Positions 29,832 through 32,000 of a stretch of DNA of 32,000 nt are shown here, one piece after another. The notes under the pieces are model-generated. The model made no database searches and had not been told where the DNA came from. It worked only from the letters and a program-made list of their open reading frames with translations. The stretch spans positions 1,890,001 to 1,922,000 of the forward strand of contig NZ_CP053627.1 of assembly GCF_013177435.1 (NCBI RefSeq). The letters are read 5' to 3'. How positions within the stretch are numbered: the first letter of the stretch is position 1; every line of letters starts with the position of its first letter. The DNA is from Xylella taiwanensis (GTDB lineage Bacteria > Pseudomonadota > Gammaproteobacteria > Xanthomonadales > Xanthomonadaceae). The position numbers and the translations under genes were made by a program.

Positions 29832-32000
29832 TTAGCGCGGTGGTGGAGACAACACGGTGCGATCACCATTATGCTCAGGCGGGCTGACTACGCCTGCGGC
29901 TTCCATCGCTTCAATCAGGCGTGCAGCTCGGTTGTAACCGATCCTCAGTCGCCGCTGCACGCTGGAGATGGAAGCACGACGCGTCTCGGTAACGATACGC
30001 AAGGCTTCATCGTACAACGGATCGGTCTCATCACCTCCTCCGCTGCCTCCCTCCGGCAGACCAGCAGGACCAATCACCGCGCCATCATCCATGGTCTGGA
30101 TCTCGTCAAGCACGCCGTCTACATATTGGACTGGAGCACTAGCCTTTAAGTACTCAACCACACGGTGTACCTCGTCATCGCTGACGAAAGCACCATGCAC
30201 GCGATCCGGCATTGCTGTACCAGGCGGCAGATACAGCATGTCACCATGGCCAAGCAAAGTCTCGGCACCAGACTGATCCAGGATCGTGCGCGAGTCGATC
30301 TTCGAGCTGACCTGAAACGCAATACGTGTTGGGATGTTAGCCTTAATCAAACCGGTAATCACATCTACCGAGGGGCGCTGAGTGGCAAGAATCAGATGGA
30401 TACCAGCCGCACGCGCCTTCTGCGCTAAGCGCGCGATCAACTCCTCGACCTTCTTACCGACAATCATCATCATGTCGGCAAATTCATCAATGAAAATGAC
30501 GATAAACGGCAACCTCTCCAGTGGCCGCGGTACCTCACTCAGGTCCGAGTTGGGCTTAAAGAGTGGGTCCATCAATGGCTGACCAGCCTCTTCGGCATCC
30601 TTAACCTTCTTGTTGAAGCCGGCCAGATTACGTACGCCAACCACGCTCATCAACTTATAACGGCGCTCCATTTCAGCCACACACCAGCGCAAGCCGTTAG
30701 CAGCCTCCTTCATGTCGGTCACTACTGGTGCCAGTAGATGCGGGATGCCTTGATAGACACTCAGCTCAAGCATTTTGGGATCGATCATCAACATCCGCAG
30801 ATCGTTGTGCGAAGCTTTGAACAACAGGCTCAACACCATCGCATTGACAGCCACCGATTTACCTGAGCCCGTGGTACCAGCAACTAATAGGTGCGGCATC
30901 CGCGCTAAGTCGGCGACCGTCGGTCGACCAGCAATGTTCTTACCCAACGCCAGCGTCAACGGACTCGGCGACTTGTCGTATTCCTTGGAACGTAGCAGCT
31001 CAGATAGGAAGATCATTTCGCGGCTGACGTTGGGGATCTCCAGTCCAATCACTGATTTTCCGGGGATCACGTCAACCACACGTACCGACTTGACAGATAA
31101 CCCGCGTGCAATGTCCTTATCCAGCGAGCTGATCTGGCTCACCTTAACACCTCGTGCCGGCTCAATCTCGAAGCGGGTAATCACTGGCCCCGGATAGGCG
31201 CCCACCACCTGCACATCAATGCGAAAATCCTTGAACTTCAATTCGATCTGACGGGATAGCGTCTCCAGCGTCTCCTCGGAATAACCCTTGATCTGCGGCT
31301 TGGGATTATCCAGCAATGCCAGTGACGGCAAGTTAGAACCATTCTTATTGACCCCGAGGAACATCGGTATCTGAGTATCGCGCTTGGCGCGCTCGCTCTT
31401 CTCCACTATAGGTTCCGAAGGTAATTCGATCTTCATCGGATCACGCTTGGCACGCTGTATCGCATCAACTTTGCGCCCTTCTTCACGCTCCTCGCGCAAC
31501 GCACGCGCCTGTTGCCATTCGTCGGCATGGCGCTTGCTCTTCTGCAGTAGCGGTGGAACTGCAAGTGCAGCGCGACCAATTCGCTCCATCACTGCAAACC
31601 AAGACAATCCGGTAGCCAACGTCACCGAAACTAACAGCAACATCAAGATGAACAGGTTAGTCCCGAACGCGCCAAAGCCTGCTTGCAGTGAATTGCACAC
31701 CTGCCTGCCAAGAATGCCTCCAGCACGCGCCACATCACTCTGAAACAAGTGCAGATGCAGTAAACCAGTGGCTGCAATCAAAAAACCAACGATGCCAATC
31801 AAACGCAGCGCAGGCTCCAAGTCCCCCTCTACTTGATCCTCTCGGTCACTGCCAAACAGTGCGATCCAAGTAACAACGCCCAATGCCAGTGGTAGCAAAA
31901 AAGCAACGAAACCACATAATTGGAACAGGACGTCCGCAATCCAGGCGCCTGCTCTTCCACCTACGTTGTGTACGATCACGCTACCGCTCTGCGACCAAGC
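29832..32000 (-). CDS. ftsK: DNA translocase FtsK (5' end outside window)
   Basis: Walker [10 protein letters not shown], Walker [13 protein letters not shown], and gamma-domain winged helix [25 protein letters not shown]. The frame stays open to the window edge ([15 protein letters not shown]...), so the track start at 31979 is internal. Confidence 0.95.
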   Translation of the reverse strand, partial: AWSQSGSVIVHNVGGRAGAWIADVLFQLCGFVAFLLPLALGVVTWIALFGSDREDQVEGDLEPALRLIGIVGFLIAATGLLHLHLFQSDVARAGGILGRQVCNSLQAGFGAFGTNLFILMLLLVSVTLATGLSWFAVMERIGRAALAVPPLLQKSKRHADEWQQARALREEREEGRKVDAIQRAKRDPMKIELPSEPIVEKSERAKRDTQIPMFLGVNKNGSNLPSLALLDNPKPQIKGYSEETLETLSRQIELKFKDFRIDVQVVGAYPGPVITRFEIEPARGVKVSQISSLDKDIARGLSVKSVRVVDVIPGKSVIGLEIPNVSREMIFLSELLRSKEYDKSPSPLTLALGKNIAGRPTVADLARMPHLLVAGTTGSGKSVAVNAMVLSLLFKASHNDLRMLMIDPKMLELSVYQGIPHLLAPVVTDMKEAANGLRWCVAEMERRYKLMSVVGVRNLAGFNKKVKDAEEAGQPLMDPLFKPNSDLSEVPRPLERLPFIVIFIDEFADMMMIVGKKVEELIARLAQKARAAGIHLILATQRPSVDVITGLIKANIPTRIAFQVSSKIDSRTILDQSGAETLLGHGDMLYLPPGTAMPDRVHGAFVSDDEVHRVVEYLKASAPVQYVDGVLDEIQTMDDGAVIGPAGLPEGGSGGGDETDPLYDEALRIVTETRRASISSVQRRLRIGYNRAARLIEAMEAAGVVSPPEHNGDRTVLSPPPR

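Noticed and set aside
1-32000. Scan by eye for tRNA (GGTTCGAATCC-like T-arms), RNase P (GAGGAAAGTCC), tmRNA, a dif site (ATAATGTATATTATG-like) and IS terminal inverted repeats
   Set aside because: None was found. The only TATATT-containing palindrome-like element (15651-15668) is a direct repeat, better explained as a GntR-type operator.

Overview
Core chromosomal DNA from a Xanthomonadaceae-type gammaproteobacterium. Gene content, mid-range G+C and 6-7 nt tandem repeats fit Xylella best; that assignment is inference, since no search was possible.

Gene order, left to right:
- sufC (5' partial)-sufD-sufS, then an isolated Rieske ferredoxin gene.
- A GT4 glycosyltransferase coupled to a CE4 polysaccharide deacetylase.
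- accD>glmM on the minus strand.
- A 1.7 kb A+T-richer, ORF-poor island ending in a (GTGGCT)17 array.
- A Xanthomonas-type N-acetylglucosamine cluster on the minus strand: nagQ remnant, nagP, frameshifted nagR, nagB-II, nagA. It is divergent from a glucokinase-family kinase.
- A VanZ-like gene and a MidA-family methyltransferase.
- A convergent pair of decayed pterin genes: an SDR/pteridine-reductase-like gene and an HPPK/folK-like gene.
- A soluble REC-HisKA-HATPase-REC hybrid kinase.
- A 2.3 kb stretch with no credible ORF.
- crcB, rarA, a (CGATCAC)9 array that contains the lolA stop codon, and lolA.
- A 1.3 kb unexplained spacer, a secreted DUF3857/transglutaminase-like protein, and ftsK (5' end outside the window).

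I found no convincing new multi-gene system. There are no defence-island hallmarks, transposase or integrase genes, CRISPR arrays, or tRNA/rRNA genes.

What deserves follow-up:
1. Both regulators of the GlcNAc cluster look inactivated while the catabolic genes are intact.
2. Two linked pterin genes have decayed together.
3. There are two perfect short-unit tandem arrays, one built into the end of lolA.
4. About 6.5 kb of noncoding DNA shows very strong A+C (+ strand) bias.
5. The crcB leader has alternative pairings but no canonical fluoride riboswitch.

The frameshift calls sit in low-complexity runs and need read-level confirmation.
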